A DNA stretch of 64,000 bases from assembly GCA_020632075.1 (NCBI GenBank), contig JACKGH010000002.1, positions 75,454-139,453 on the forward strand, in the 5' to 3' direction. This DNA comes from Candidatus Nomurabacteria bacterium. GTDB lineage: Bacteria > Patescibacteriota > Minisyncoccia > Phycocordibacterales > UBA918. A program made the translations under genes and the position numbers. Shown here one piece after another: positions 47,997 through 56,407 of the stretch (position 1 is the stretch's first letter; every line of letters begins with the position of its first letter). Below the pieces are notes generated by a model, which did no database searches, was not told where the DNA came from, and was given only the letters and a program-made list of their open reading frames with translations.

Positions 47997-48023
47997 GCCC
48001 CTCCAGCTTGGAGGGGCTTTTTT
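47997..48023 (+). terminator. intrinsic terminator
   Basis: gcccctcca gct tggaggggc plus tttttt. Confidence 0.65.
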
Positions 48024-48074
48024 AATGCTAAAGAAAGTGGCCGGCGCCGAAGGCGCCGGCCATTTTCTTTTCAC

Positions 48075-48881
48075 CTATCCAAGTGCTACATCAAGTGTCA
48101 TCATGACCGCAAAGCCGATCATCGCTCCGGTAGTAGCCAGATCTGTCATTCCCATACCGCCACGCTGTGCTTCCGGGATCAATTCTTCCACCACCACAAA
48201 CAGCATTGCACCAGCCGCAAATGCCAGTGCGTACGGCAAGATAGGTGTCGCCACAAGCACCACCGCAGCGCCGATCACAGCCGCGATCGGCTCAACCGCA
48301 CCCGATAGCTGCCCAAACCACCATGCCTTCTTTCGACTAAATCCTTCACGACGAAGTGGTACTGATACTGCGGCTCCTTCTGGGAAGTTCTGAATACCGA
48401 TACCAACAGCGAGCGCAATTGCCCCTGCCAGCGTCGCACTTTCAAGCCCAGCATACGCAGCTCCAAACGCCACACCAACTGCGAGTCCTTCCGGAATGTT
48501 ATGCAGTGTGATAGCAGACACCAAGAGAATACTGCGATGCCAAGACGTCTTCGGCCCTTCAGCATCCTCCTTCGGGAAGCCCATGTGCAGGTGCGGAATG
48601 ACTTTATCCATCACCCACAGCGTAGCAACACCGAGTAAAAATCCGATCAGAGGCTGCACCCAACCACCATCTGACATTTCGATCGCAGGCGAAAGCAGCG
48701 ACCAAAAGCTCGCAGCGATCATCACCCCAGCTGCAAAGCCGAGCATCGCGTTCAAGATGCGCTTATTGATTTCCTTAAAGAAGATCACGATAGTGGCACC
48801 AAGCGCGGTGACACTCCAAGTAAAAAGTCCGGCAAGCAACGCTTGCTCAACTGGACCAAGTCCAATAAACCATTCAACCAT
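48075..48881 (-). CDS. ZIP-family metal transporter (GufA/ZupT-like)
   Basis: [16 protein letters not shown] and [13 protein letters not shown] motifs, eight TM helices. Confidence 0.75.
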   Translation of the reverse strand: MVEWFIGLGPVEQALLAGLFTWSVTALGATIVIFFKEINKRILNAMLGFAAGVMIAASFWSLLSPAIEMSDGGWVQPLIGFLLGVATLWVMDKVIPHLHMGFPKEDAEGPKTSWHRSILLVSAITLHNIPEGLAVGVAFGAAYAGLESATLAGAIALAVGIGIQNFPEGAAVSVPLRREGFSRKKAWWFGQLSGAVEPIAAVIGAAVVLVATPILPYALAFAAGAMLFVVVEELIPEAQRGGMGMTDLATTGAMIGFAVMMTLDVALG

Positions 48882-49010
48882 ACGTTGTTAGTTACAATTA
48901 TTATTCATGAGTTCAGAGAGAAATAAGAACTCTTTAGTAAGTGGAGCTGTTTAAAGCTACATTTGTAGTATACGGACAAGATCGATTTTCAGCAAGTAGG
49001 TTAGGAACAG

Positions 49011-49048
49011 GCGCGAAAAAGCCGGACCTCCGTCCGGCTTTTTCGCGC
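49011..49048. terminator. bidirectional terminator
   Basis: gcgcgaaaaagccggac ctcc gtccggctttttcgcgc, a perfect 17-bp stem. Confidence 0.65.
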
Positions 49049-49057
49049 CCACTTCCA

Positions 49058-50206
49058 CTACTTCTTGATCGCGCTCGCCACTGCTTTTACCAAGCCTGGC
49101 GTCATGACCGACGGAATAACATTGTCAGCCGTTGGTTTCTTGATGAGTGCTGCGATCTTCTTTGCAGCTGCGATCTTCATCTCGTCAGTGATCTCAGTCA
49201 CACCGTGATCAAGCGCACCACGGAAAATTCCTGGAAATGCGAGTGAGTTATTTACCTGATTAGGAAAATCAGACCGGCCCGTAGCGATCACGATCGCTCC
49301 GGCACGCTTTGCATCCTCCGGCATGATCTCTGGAACCGGATTCGCGAGCGCAAACACGATCGGCGATTTTGACATCCGCTCGATATGAGCCTGTGCGATC
49401 GTACCCGGACCAGACACACCAATGATCACATCAACCCCATCAACCACCTGCATCACATCTCCTGAGAGATTATTTGGATTCGTCACCTTCGCCAAGTCCT
49501 TCTTGTATCCCTCAAGTCCCGGTCGGCCTTCATAGATCGCGCCCCGTGAATCTACCACCACAACATCTACAACCCCAGCTTTAACCAACATAAGCGCAGT
49601 CGCCCGGCCGGCCGCACCAGCCCCCACGATCACCACCCTGAGTTTCTTTAGCTGTTTTCCCACTACTTTCACTGCATTTAAAAGACCGGCCAACACTACC
49701 ACTGCCGTACCGTGCTGATCATCATGCATCACCGGGATCGAAAGCTCAGCCTTGAGTCGTTCCTCAATTTCAAAACACTTTGGCGCAGCAATATCTTCGA
49801 GGTTAATACCACCAAACCCCGGAGCGATCAGTTTCACCGTACGAATGATCTCTTCTGGCTCATCGGTATCGAGCACGATCGGAACTGCATCCACATCAGC
49901 CATTTCTTTGAAGATCGCCGCTTTCCCTTCCATTACCGGCAGTGCCGGGATCGCACCCAAGTCGCCTAGACCAAGCACCGCCGAACCATCACTCACAACT
50001 GCAACCGTATTGCGCTTCATGGTGTAGTTACGAGCTTCCTGTGGCTTCTTGGCCAAAAACGAAGAAACCGCACCGACTCCTGGCGTATACATCGTACTCC
50101 AGTCATCTTTGGTCTTAAGCTTTCCTTTTGTGGCAATACTGATCTTGCCTTTGAGTTTCTTGTGTAAAGCTAGCGCGAGTTTGTTGTAGTCCTTTTTAGC
50201 AGCCAT
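49058..50206 (-). CDS. NAD(P)-dependent malic enzyme (small form)
   Basis: MYTPGVGAV...VVSDGSAVLGLGDLGAIPALPVMEGKAAIF and the NAD-binding VIVGAGAAG. Confidence 0.85.
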   Translation of the reverse strand: MAAKKDYNKLALALHKKLKGKISIATKGKLKTKDDWSTMYTPGVGAVSSFLAKKPQEARNYTMKRNTVAVVSDGSAVLGLGDLGAIPALPVMEGKAAIFKEMADVDAVPIVLDTDEPEEIIRTVKLIAPGFGGINLEDIAAPKCFEIEERLKAELSIPVMHDDQHGTAVVVLAGLLNAVKVVGKQLKKLRVVIVGAGAAGRATALMLVKAGVVDVVVVDSRGAIYEGRPGLEGYKKDLAKVTNPNNLSGDVMQVVDGVDVIIGVSGPGTIAQAHIERMSKSPIVFALANPVPEIMPEDAKRAGAIVIATGRSDFPNQVNNSLAFPGIFRGALDHGVTEITDEMKIAAAKKIAALIKKPTADNVIPSVMTPGLVKAVASAIKK

Positions 50207-50402
50207 GTGATCGTGATGATTTTAAAAATAAGTGCGACAGAGTTTTAGTATACGCCATCAAAATCGGCGGGCAAATTTTCTCCGAAAATTTGCCCGCCCA
50301 ACAAACAAAAAGCCCTTTCGGGCATAAATTTAGGCGGGAAGCTATCGCTTCCCGCCCCTCCTTGCGGACTATTGAGATAATCTCACCGCGTGCCGCGTTG
50401 TG

Positions 50403-50543
50403 TCAGATACCCGGCCCTTTGCCGGTTGTGATCGCTCCGCCACCCCCGCCGAAGCCAGGATTGGCTTTGTTGCGGCGACAGGCCGCACCGACGCACCGGT
50501 CGTCATACTGATCGAGCTCATGCCCGAAAGCGGTCTTCTTCAT
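50403..50543 (-). CDS. unlisted 46-aa GC-rich micro-ORF (cassette 1)
   Basis: AAGGAG SD 7 nt upstream. Translates MKKTAFGHELDQYDDRCVGAACRRNKANPGFGGGGGAITTGKGPGI. Own promoter TTGCGG-N16-TGcTATAAA and terminator. Confidence 0.5.
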   Translation of the reverse strand: MKKTAFGHELDQYDDRCVGAACRRNKANPGFGGGGGAITTGKGPGI

Positions 50544-50640
50544 CGAGTTTCTCCTTGATGGAGGTTACTGTACCAGCCCGCCTCACATTGAGCGCTGGTA
50601 GTTTCTTTATAGCACTATAGCCATAAACCGCAAGTGTTAC
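50544..50640 (-). promoter_or_regulatory. promoter (extended -10 TGCTATAAA) plus hairpin leader of cassette 1
   Basis: cacTTGCGGtttatggctatagTGCTATAAAgaaa, then leader hairpin ccagcgctcaatgtgaggcgggctgg. Confidence 0.45.
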
Positions 50641-50666
50641 ACTTGCACAAGTAAAAAACCGCCGTA

Positions 50667-50690
50667 GGCGGTTGTTGGGGCCATCCTTGG
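50667..50690 (-). terminator. terminator of cassette 2
   Basis: caaccgcc tac ggcggtt plus ttttt on the minus strand. Confidence 0.55.
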
Positions 50691-50724
50691 CCGTAGATAT
50701 CATTCCGTTGACACGTGCCGGCGT

Positions 50725-50823
50725 TCAGACGCCGCTTATGGGCCTTGCGCGGGTGTGGACCGTATTGTTGATCCAGGTCGGATCGGCGATGCGTTCCGTG
50801 AAGTCGGGGGTGTCACGTTTCAT
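50725..50823 (-). CDS. unlisted 32-aa GC-rich micro-ORF (cassette 2)
   Basis: AAAGGAGAT SD. Translates MKRDTPDFTERIADPTWINNTVHTRARPISGV. Promoter TTGCAC-N17-TGcTATAAA and leader hairpin ccagctcctcatagtaggatgacagctgg. Confidence 0.45.
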   Translation of the reverse strand: MKRDTPDFTERIADPTWINNTVHTRARPISGV

Positions 50824-50949
50824 ACTGGATCTCCTTTGCTGGGAGGGTGGTGTGCACCAGCTGTCATCCTACTATGAGGAGCTGGTCTTTTCTTTATAGC
50901 ATTACGGCACACAAAGTGCAAGCTGGTTGTACCTAACGCTGTATAGAAA

Positions 50950-50985
50950 AAAGGCGGGAGAGACTTGCTCACCGCCTTTTGAAAT
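50950..50985 (-). terminator. terminator of the cold-shock protein gene
   Basis: ggcggtgagcaagtctctcccgcc hairpin with a 6-T run on the minus strand. Confidence 0.5.
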
Positions 50986-51005
50986 ACCCGAAGGTAGATT
51001 GAAGA

Positions 51006-51527
51006 TCAGGCCGCAGCCGAAGCGTTGCGATAGATTCGCGCCTCTGCCTCGGCTTCCGACAAAGTGAGCGGACCCGCCGCTACCATGGCGCCGAGACCGT
51101 CGTCCTGACACACTTCGTAGCGCATCGGATGAGTACCCTCGATGATACAGACACAGCGACCGTTCTCGTCGTTCTTTTCGACGATACGTCCAAACTGCTT
51201 CTGCTTCAGACGTGCCGCTTCCGCTGCAGCCAGGGCAGCAGCGACCCGCTTAGCCTCTTCGGCAGCAGCCTGCTTAGCTGCTTCCCGGGCACGAAGGACC
51301 GGCGACTCTTTGCCGCGGATCTTGTGGACGACCGAAACTTCGAGACCTTTCAGACCCATGACGGTCTCGACCTCGATATGCGGCATACCCTTCACGTCCT
51401 TGGCGGTGAAGCCGTATTCCTCGATGGTTCTGATGTGGAGAAAGGCATCACCGCTTTTGAGCGCGACGAAACCCCACCCCTTGTCGTCCTTGAAGAATTT
51501 GACCGAACCTTTTTTGATATTGCTCAT
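51006..51527 (-). CDS. cold-shock-domain protein with a long Ala/Lys-rich and Cys-containing C-terminal extension
   Basis: N-terminal KGSVKFFKDDKGWGFVALKSGDAFLHIRTIEE cold-shock-domain pattern, then an AAEEAKRVAAALAAAEAARLK linker and ...CVCIIEGTHPMRYEVC. Upstream promoter TTGACA..TAAAAAT with a leader of about 70 nt. Confidence 0.65.
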   Translation of the reverse strand: MSNIKKGSVKFFKDDKGWGFVALKSGDAFLHIRTIEEYGFTAKDVKGMPHIEVETVMGLKGLEVSVVHKIRGKESPVLRAREAAKQAAAEEAKRVAAALAAAEAARLKQKQFGRIVEKNDENGRCVCIIEGTHPMRYEVCQDDGLGAMVAAGPLTLSEAEAEARIYRNASAAA

Positions 51528-51657
51528 CATGACCTCCCCGGCCAGTGATTAGATGGAACTAGCTACAAAACGCAGCTTGATACTTGATATTTTTATCATA
51601 AAAAATACTTTTTGTCAATGGTCTCGCAGCGCTAGGTAAATTGGTACAATACGGGAC

Positions 51658-53838
51658 ATGTTATTCACCGACCCACTCACGTCGCACGTTCGAGTTGATA
51701 CTGCTCACCAAAAAGCTCTCAAACGACTTGGTATCGAAACCGTCGGCGACATTCTCTATCACCTCCCTGCTCGGTACGAAGACATTAGCGATGTACAGTC
51801 GGTTGGTGGCCTGGAGAAAGGCCAAGAAGCAGTCGTGTACGGCCAGCTTTCTGGCCTCAAGACCCGCAAAGCCTGGAAGAGTCGTAAGCCGATTGCTGAA
51901 GGCTACGTTGAAGATGGTTCGGCCAAGATGAAGATCATGTGGTTCAACCAGCCATACATCGCCAAGATGTATACCGATGGTATGTATGTGAAGTTGGCAG
52001 GCAAAGTGGCTGGAAGCGAAGACAAGCTGTATCTCAGCAATCCAGAAGTTGAGCCGCTCGATTCACTGCCAATCGATCGCCACGACAGCATCTTTGCTGG
52101 GACCGAAGGCGCCGACGATACGCTCTACCCCGTCTACCGCGAGACCAAGGGCATCACGAGCCGCTGGCTCTACCACACAGTCCTCAAGCTCTTTGAAAAA
52201 GGTGCACTCGATACCCTGAGCGACCCGATCCCGGAAGAGATCCTGAAGAAGTACAAACTTCCGATCCTTAAGACCGCGCTCGTGTGGGTGCACTCGCCCA
52301 AAAAAGCCGCCGATGCTGAAGCAGCGCGCAAGCGCTTTGCCTTTGAAGAGGTCTTCTATATACAAGTCCAGAAAGCACAGGAACGGGCGGCGGTGAGCGC
52401 CGCGCAAACCTACACGATCAAGACGAGCGACGAACACCTCGCGGCCTTTACCGAACGTTTCCCATTCTCGCTCACCGCCGCCCAAGACGACTCGATACAA
52501 TCTATCCTCGCTGACTTCGCCGCCGGCACGCACGCTATGTCGCGCCTCCTTGAAGGAGATGTAGGAAGCGGCAAGACTGCCGTAGCGGCTACTACTGCGT
52601 ATGCCGTCGCTACCTCTCGCCCACCAGAAGGCACGGATAAAAAGATTGAGTACGGGAACCTTCAAGTCGCATACATGGCACCAACTGAAATCCTCGCCAA
52701 GCAACACTTCGAATCGTTCATCGAGTATTTTCATCATCTCCCGATCTCGATCGGGCTCATTACCGGCTCCGGCTGTATGAAGTTCCCCTCGAAGACCGAC
52801 CCGACGAAGCCAACCAAGATCAGCAAGGCGCAGCTCCTGAAGTGGGTCGCCAACGGCGAAGTCCCGATCCTCATCGGCACACATGCACTTATCTATAAGA
52901 GCGTGGAATTCAAACATCTCGCCTACGTGATCATCGACGAGCAGCACCGCTTCGGCACCAACCAGCGCAAGAAGCTCGCCAAGAAAGACGCGCGGCTTCC
53001 ACACCTCCTCTCCATGACTGCCACCCCGATCCCGCGCACACTTGCGCTCACGATCTATGGTGACCTCGACATCACCTTACTTGATCAAATGCCGGCCGGC
53101 CGCAAACCAGTACAGACCACCGTCGTCGGCCCCGGCCAGAGCGCGGAGATGTACGACCACGTCCGCAGTGAGCTTGCGGCCGGCCGGCAAGCCTACGTCA
53201 TCTGCCCGCGCATCGACGAACCAGACCCAACCAAAGAAAACGCGCTCAATATGAAGAGCGTCATCGCCGAAGCCAAGCGCCTGAAGAAAGACGTCTTCCA
53301 AGACTACGTCATCGAACCCCTCCACGGCAAAATGACACCAGCTGAAAAGGACGATGTCATGAAGCGCTTCGCCGAGCACAAGATCGACATTCTCTGCGCC
53401 ACGAGTGTGGTGGAAGTGGGGGTCAATGTCCCGAATGCTACCAACATCATCATCGAAGGCGCGGAGCGCTTTGGCCTGGCGCAGCTCCATCAGCTCCGTG
53501 GGCGCGTCGTGCGCGGTACGCATCAGCCGTACTGTTTTGCGGTGACTGAGTCTAAGAGCGACAAAACCCGCGACCGCCTCAAGGCGCTCGCCACGGCCAA
53601 GAACGGCTTCGAGCTCGCCGAGCACGACTTACAGTTCCGTGGCTCCGGCGAGCTTTACGGCGGCAAGCAAAGCGGCCTCTCCGACCTCGGCATGGAGGCC
53701 ATCCGCAACCTCAAGCTCGTCGAGGCCGCCCGCACCGAGGCCAAGCACCTGGTCGACCAACACTCCGACCTAGCCAAGTCTTTCCCGCTCATCGCGGAGA
53801 AGGTCACGCGGTTGGGTGAAGTGCTGCATATGGAGTAA
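51658..53838 (+). CDS. recG: ATP-dependent DNA helicase RecG
   Basis: N-terminal wedge region (LPARYEDIS), Walker A GDVGSGKTAVA, DEQHRFG (DEQH box), helicase C-terminal motifs, 726 aa. About 60 % GC. Confidence 0.9.
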   Translation: MLFTDPLTSHVRVDTAHQKALKRLGIETVGDILYHLPARYEDISDVQSVGGLEKGQEAVVYGQLSGLKTRKAWKSRKPIAEGYVEDGSAKMKIMWFNQPYIAKMYTDGMYVKLAGKVAGSEDKLYLSNPEVEPLDSLPIDRHDSIFAGTEGADDTLYPVYRETKGITSRWLYHTVLKLFEKGALDTLSDPIPEEILKKYKLPILKTALVWVHSPKKAADAEAARKRFAFEEVFYIQVQKAQERAAVSAAQTYTIKTSDEHLAAFTERFPFSLTAAQDDSIQSILADFAAGTHAMSRLLEGDVGSGKTAVAATTAYAVATSRPPEGTDKKIEYGNLQVAYMAPTEILAKQHFESFIEYFHHLPISIGLITGSGCMKFPSKTDPTKPTKISKAQLLKWVANGEVPILIGTHALIYKSVEFKHLAYVIIDEQHRFGTNQRKKLAKKDARLPHLLSMTATPIPRTLALTIYGDLDITLLDQMPAGRKPVQTTVVGPGQSAEMYDHVRSELAAGRQAYVICPRIDEPDPTKENALNMKSVIAEAKRLKKDVFQDYVIEPLHGKMTPAEKDDVMKRFAEHKIDILCATSVVEVGVNVPNATNIIIEGAERFGLAQLHQLRGRVVRGTHQPYCFAVTESKSDKTRDRLKALATAKNGFELAEHDLQFRGSGELYGGKQSGLSDLGMEAIRNLKLVEAARTEAKHLVDQHSDLAKSFPLIAEKVTRLGEVLHME

Positions 53839-53841
53839 TGC

Positions 53842-54162
53842 TTACTCAATTACATCTTCAGTCGTAGTCCCTAATAACCTCAACTCTTTCGCAAGACGTC
53901 CATTTTCACTCATTAAGTAGGTATTCAATGTTTTGTTTTCAGCATACTCCATATATATCATTGAATTGAAGCGTAAGGAATCAATCACCATGGCAATAAC
54001 CATCACCAACATTGTTATGACGGCTACCACCAACACAACTACGACCGCAACAATGACACGATGGAAGTCAGAGAATTTTTTATCCGTTTTATCCTCTAAG
54101 TCTTTCATTTGCTGACCGAGAGGATTGCGTGGTGCTCCTTTTGAAACCTGAAGATTGCTCAT
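53842..54162 (-). CDS. hypothetical single-TM protein, AT-rich
   Basis: 106 aa, about 37 % GC. Confidence 0.4.
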   Translation of the reverse strand: MSNLQVSKGAPRNPLGQQMKDLEDKTDKKFSDFHRVIVAVVVVLVVAVITMLVMVIAMVIDSLRFNSMIYMEYAENKTLNTYLMSENGRLAKELRLLGTTTEDVIE

Positions 54163-54165
54163 AGA

Positions 54166-54432
54166 TTAGTCGATGTCTGGAAAGTTAGGGAAGAATTTTT
54201 TCAATGGAAAATGATAGATTTGCCCAGTATTGTTACCAACAAGCATAATGGACACGACGGTATTACCACCAAGCACAGTTTTGTTTGTCCATGTCTGTGT
54301 AAAGTTGTTGTAAAAAAAACCATCCACCAAACTTACAGGCTCATTAATGTTGGTATTCTGAATTTGACTGAGATGATCAATGATCTGATCTCTAACTTCG
54401 GAGAATTCAACTTTTACTTCTTTGCTATTCAT
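54166..54432 (-). CDS. hypothetical protein, AT-rich
   Basis: 88 aa, Asn/Thr-rich. Confidence 0.35.
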   Translation of the reverse strand: MNSKEVKVEFSEVRDQIIDHLSQIQNTNINEPVSLVDGFFYNNFTQTWTNKTVLGGNTVVSIMLVGNNTGQIYHFPLKKFFPNFPDID

Positions 54433-54502
54433 AAATAAATTATACTCACACTTCTATGCTTCATCAAAAGACAAATCTCGTACGATGTGTCATGACACTT
54501 AC

Positions 54503-54877
54503 TCAAAACATCGACGACTTCTTAGGATCATACAACTCCGGAAAAATCCTTATCCCCTTCGTGTCGCAGTGGTCACAATCATAATCCGACTTCTGGATGT
54601 TTTGTTGGCGGAGGCGGATCAGCTTGCCCTCGGCGTCGAAGCAGCGCGAACAAAACGGACCGTCTTCCTCAAGCCAGTATGACTTGTCGCGGTACTCAAG
54701 CTGATCCGCCGTGACTTTTGCTTTCTTGAGTTCGGTCACCTCATCTTCCAGCTGCCGAATCGTGCGCTGCATTTCCATCATCTTTTCTTGCGCTTCGAGG
54801 ATCTCTTTGTATTCCTCGATCTTGTTCGCTTCCTTCAGCACCTTGGCCGCGTCTTTCATGCCATCGTAGATTCCCAT
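54503..54877 (-). CDS. hypothetical coiled-coil protein with C-terminal CxxC...CxxC zinc ribbon
   Basis: ...GPFCSRCFDAEGK...YDCDHCDTKG. Confidence 0.45.
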   Translation of the reverse strand: MGIYDGMKDAAKVLKEANKIEEYKEILEAQEKMMEMQRTIRQLEDEVTELKKAKVTADQLEYRDKSYWLEEDGPFCSRCFDAEGKLIRLRQQNIQKSDYDCDHCDTKGIRIFPELYDPKKSSMF

Positions 54878-54913
54878 ATGTGTGCATTATACGCGCTCAG
54901 GTAGAAACGAAAA

Positions 54914-54940
54914 GACGGTGCGCGATCGCGCACCGTCCGT
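54914..54940 (-). terminator. hairpin terminator
   Basis: gacggtgcgcg atcg cgcaccgtc. Confidence 0.45.
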
Positions 54941-54951
54941 CTATTACTTGC

Positions 54952-55179
54952 CTAATGAGCACTGAACACCTCGAATCCTTTCCAAGCTGTGCGCATCATC
55001 ACAAGCGCCATATCGTAGCCCCAGTCGATGAGACCGTACGGATCATCAGCTGGGCGCGCACCGTAATATGGCTCATACGGTTGGTGCATGAGATTCGGAA
55101 TCTCTTCCACCTTAAGCTCGCGCACATAGGCTGCCGGCCGTTCAGACGTCGTATTAAAAAACATGACACCTCTCCCCAT
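54952..55179 (-). CDS. hypothetical small protein (75 aa)
   Basis: ORF with its own downstream hairpin. Confidence 0.35.
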   Translation of the reverse strand: MGRGVMFFNTTSERPAAYVRELKVEEIPNLMHQPYEPYYGARPADDPYGLIDWGYDMALVMMRTAWKGFEVFSAH

Positions 55180-55259
55180 TGGTACAACTCAAACTTCGTT
55201 ATAGCGCACCCACAAGACAACTTCAACTCAAGATGTGTCTAAGTGTAGTAGAAGCAAAA

Positions 55260-55278
55260 GGCGGCGCGAAGCGCCGCC
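55260..55278 (-). terminator. terminator ggcggcgc-GAA-gcgccgcc (first of two identical copies)
   Basis: Hairpin with a T-run on the minus strand. Confidence 0.5.
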
Positions 55279-55290
55279 GACGTACCTGCA

Positions 55291-55554
55291 TCAGTGCAGA
55301 TCATAGGTCACGTAATTATGCTCCTCAGCCAATCGCACCATTCGTTCGAAACTCGATTCGTTACCGAGCTGATTGCCATAAGCGTCAAAGAAGCCGTACG
55401 CGCCTGGCTTGTAGTGTCGACCTCCCTTGTCAGAAGGCTTGAACAATCGCACATACCCAGCTGAAGGTTCCATGTAGAGTGCAAAGATCTCGTCAACAAA
55501 TTCTGGTGTTGCGTCAGGGTTTCCTACAGAATAGATGTCAGTCATGATTCTCAC
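55291..55554 (-). CDS. hypothetical small protein (87 aa)
   Basis: ORF plus terminator. Confidence 0.4.
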   Translation of the reverse strand: MRIMTDIYSVGNPDATPEFVDEIFALYMEPSAGYVRLFKPSDKGGRHYKPGAYGFFDAYGNQLGNESSFERMVRLAEEHNYVTYDLH

Positions 55555-55630
55555 CCTCGTTGCTTTGGATCTATTTTTATGAAAACCTTTTTTGGAGAAA
55601 AATGCAACTGGAAGGTGCGTGGAAATTTGA

Positions 55631-55653
55631 AAGGCGGCGCGAAGCGCCGCCTT
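55631..55653 (-). terminator. second copy of the ggcggcgc-GAA-gcgccgcc terminator
   Basis: Identical 19-nt hairpin core. Confidence 0.5.
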
Positions 55654-55666
55654 TACCAGTAGTTGC

Positions 55667-55936
55667 CTAGTGCAGAAAGTTCATCGTCAGCCACGTGCTT
55701 GGGTCTCGATTACGTTTCGCAATGTACTCACGCAGACCTTGCAAGGAATCGTCATAGTACAACATGAAACCATCAAGCGAAAACAATGCGTATATGATAC
55801 ACGCATCCTTAGGATCACAACTATCACTGCAATCAAACACCTGCACAACAAGGAACGACTGCGTTGGCATGAGGAGATCAAATACATGAACTACTGCATC
55901 AAAACTAAGCTCATCTCGGATTGACCACGTTTTCAT
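55667..55936 (-). CDS. hypothetical small protein (89 aa)
   Basis: ORF plus terminator. Confidence 0.4.
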   Translation of the reverse strand: MKTWSIRDELSFDAVVHVFDLLMPTQSFLVVQVFDCSDSCDPKDACIIYALFSLDGFMLYYDDSLQGLREYIAKRNRDPSTWLTMNFLH

Positions 55937-56020
55937 TACTGCATACCCGCCTCATTACTTTCTGTCCCCAGTGAACCATGGAGTGAACTGACTGTACATG
56001 TAATGACTGTGCGCAAAAAA

Positions 56021-56045
56021 ATGCTCGGACAATTTGTCCGAGCGT
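56021..56045 (-). terminator. hairpin plus U7 in the 500-nt noncoding region
   Basis: gctcggacaa tt tgtccgagc followed by ttttttt on the minus strand. Confidence 0.5.
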
Positions 56046-56378
56046 GAATGGGTTGAGGAGGTGATCTTTGCTCCCCAGGGGTGGAAAGACTCCTAGGTGG
56101 GGTGGATGAGACCCCGTTTAGACGCCGTTCATCGGTGCCACCGTAGCAGCTCCTTCACTTTTGTCCTTTGTAGATGGGGCCGAAGCCCGATCACCTCCTT
56201 TTATTGATAGACCGGAGAAAGATGGATGATGGTCTTCCCATCATGAGCCAACGGTTTCGCGTTTCTCACTGTCTTCTCCCTGAATAACTACGAGCGACAT
56301 CGCTCAAATCTAGTATTACAAAAAACTGAAGGGTTTGTAAAGACGCACTACACAGATGACCATACACTAGCCCAACAA

Positions 56379-56407
56379 TTGTTTCTGTCACGGCGGTACG
56401 GTATAGT
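56379..56407 (+). promoter_or_regulatory. promoter-like TTGTTT-N17-TATAGT, copy A
   Basis: About 75 % identical over 45 nt to the tRNA-operon promoter at 58517. Confidence 0.4.

Noticed and set aside
50290-50899. Plus-strand ORFs 50290..50511 and 50672..50899
   Set aside because: They are Pro/Arg-rich translations of the GC-rich region with no RBS. The minus-strand micro-ORFs have a consensus SD, promoters and terminators.
52063-53625. Minus-strand ORFs inside recG (313 aa and 182 aa)
   Set aside because: They are antisense shadows of a GC-rich helicase gene. GC-rich DNA yields long spurious ORFs.
56185-56200. GATCACCTCCTT, identical to the 16S rRNA 3' terminus
   Set aside because: There is no surrounding 16S sequence (no upstream GTAACAAGGTAGCCGTA... 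context), so it is not an rRNA fragment. It is retained only as part of the structured-region finding.
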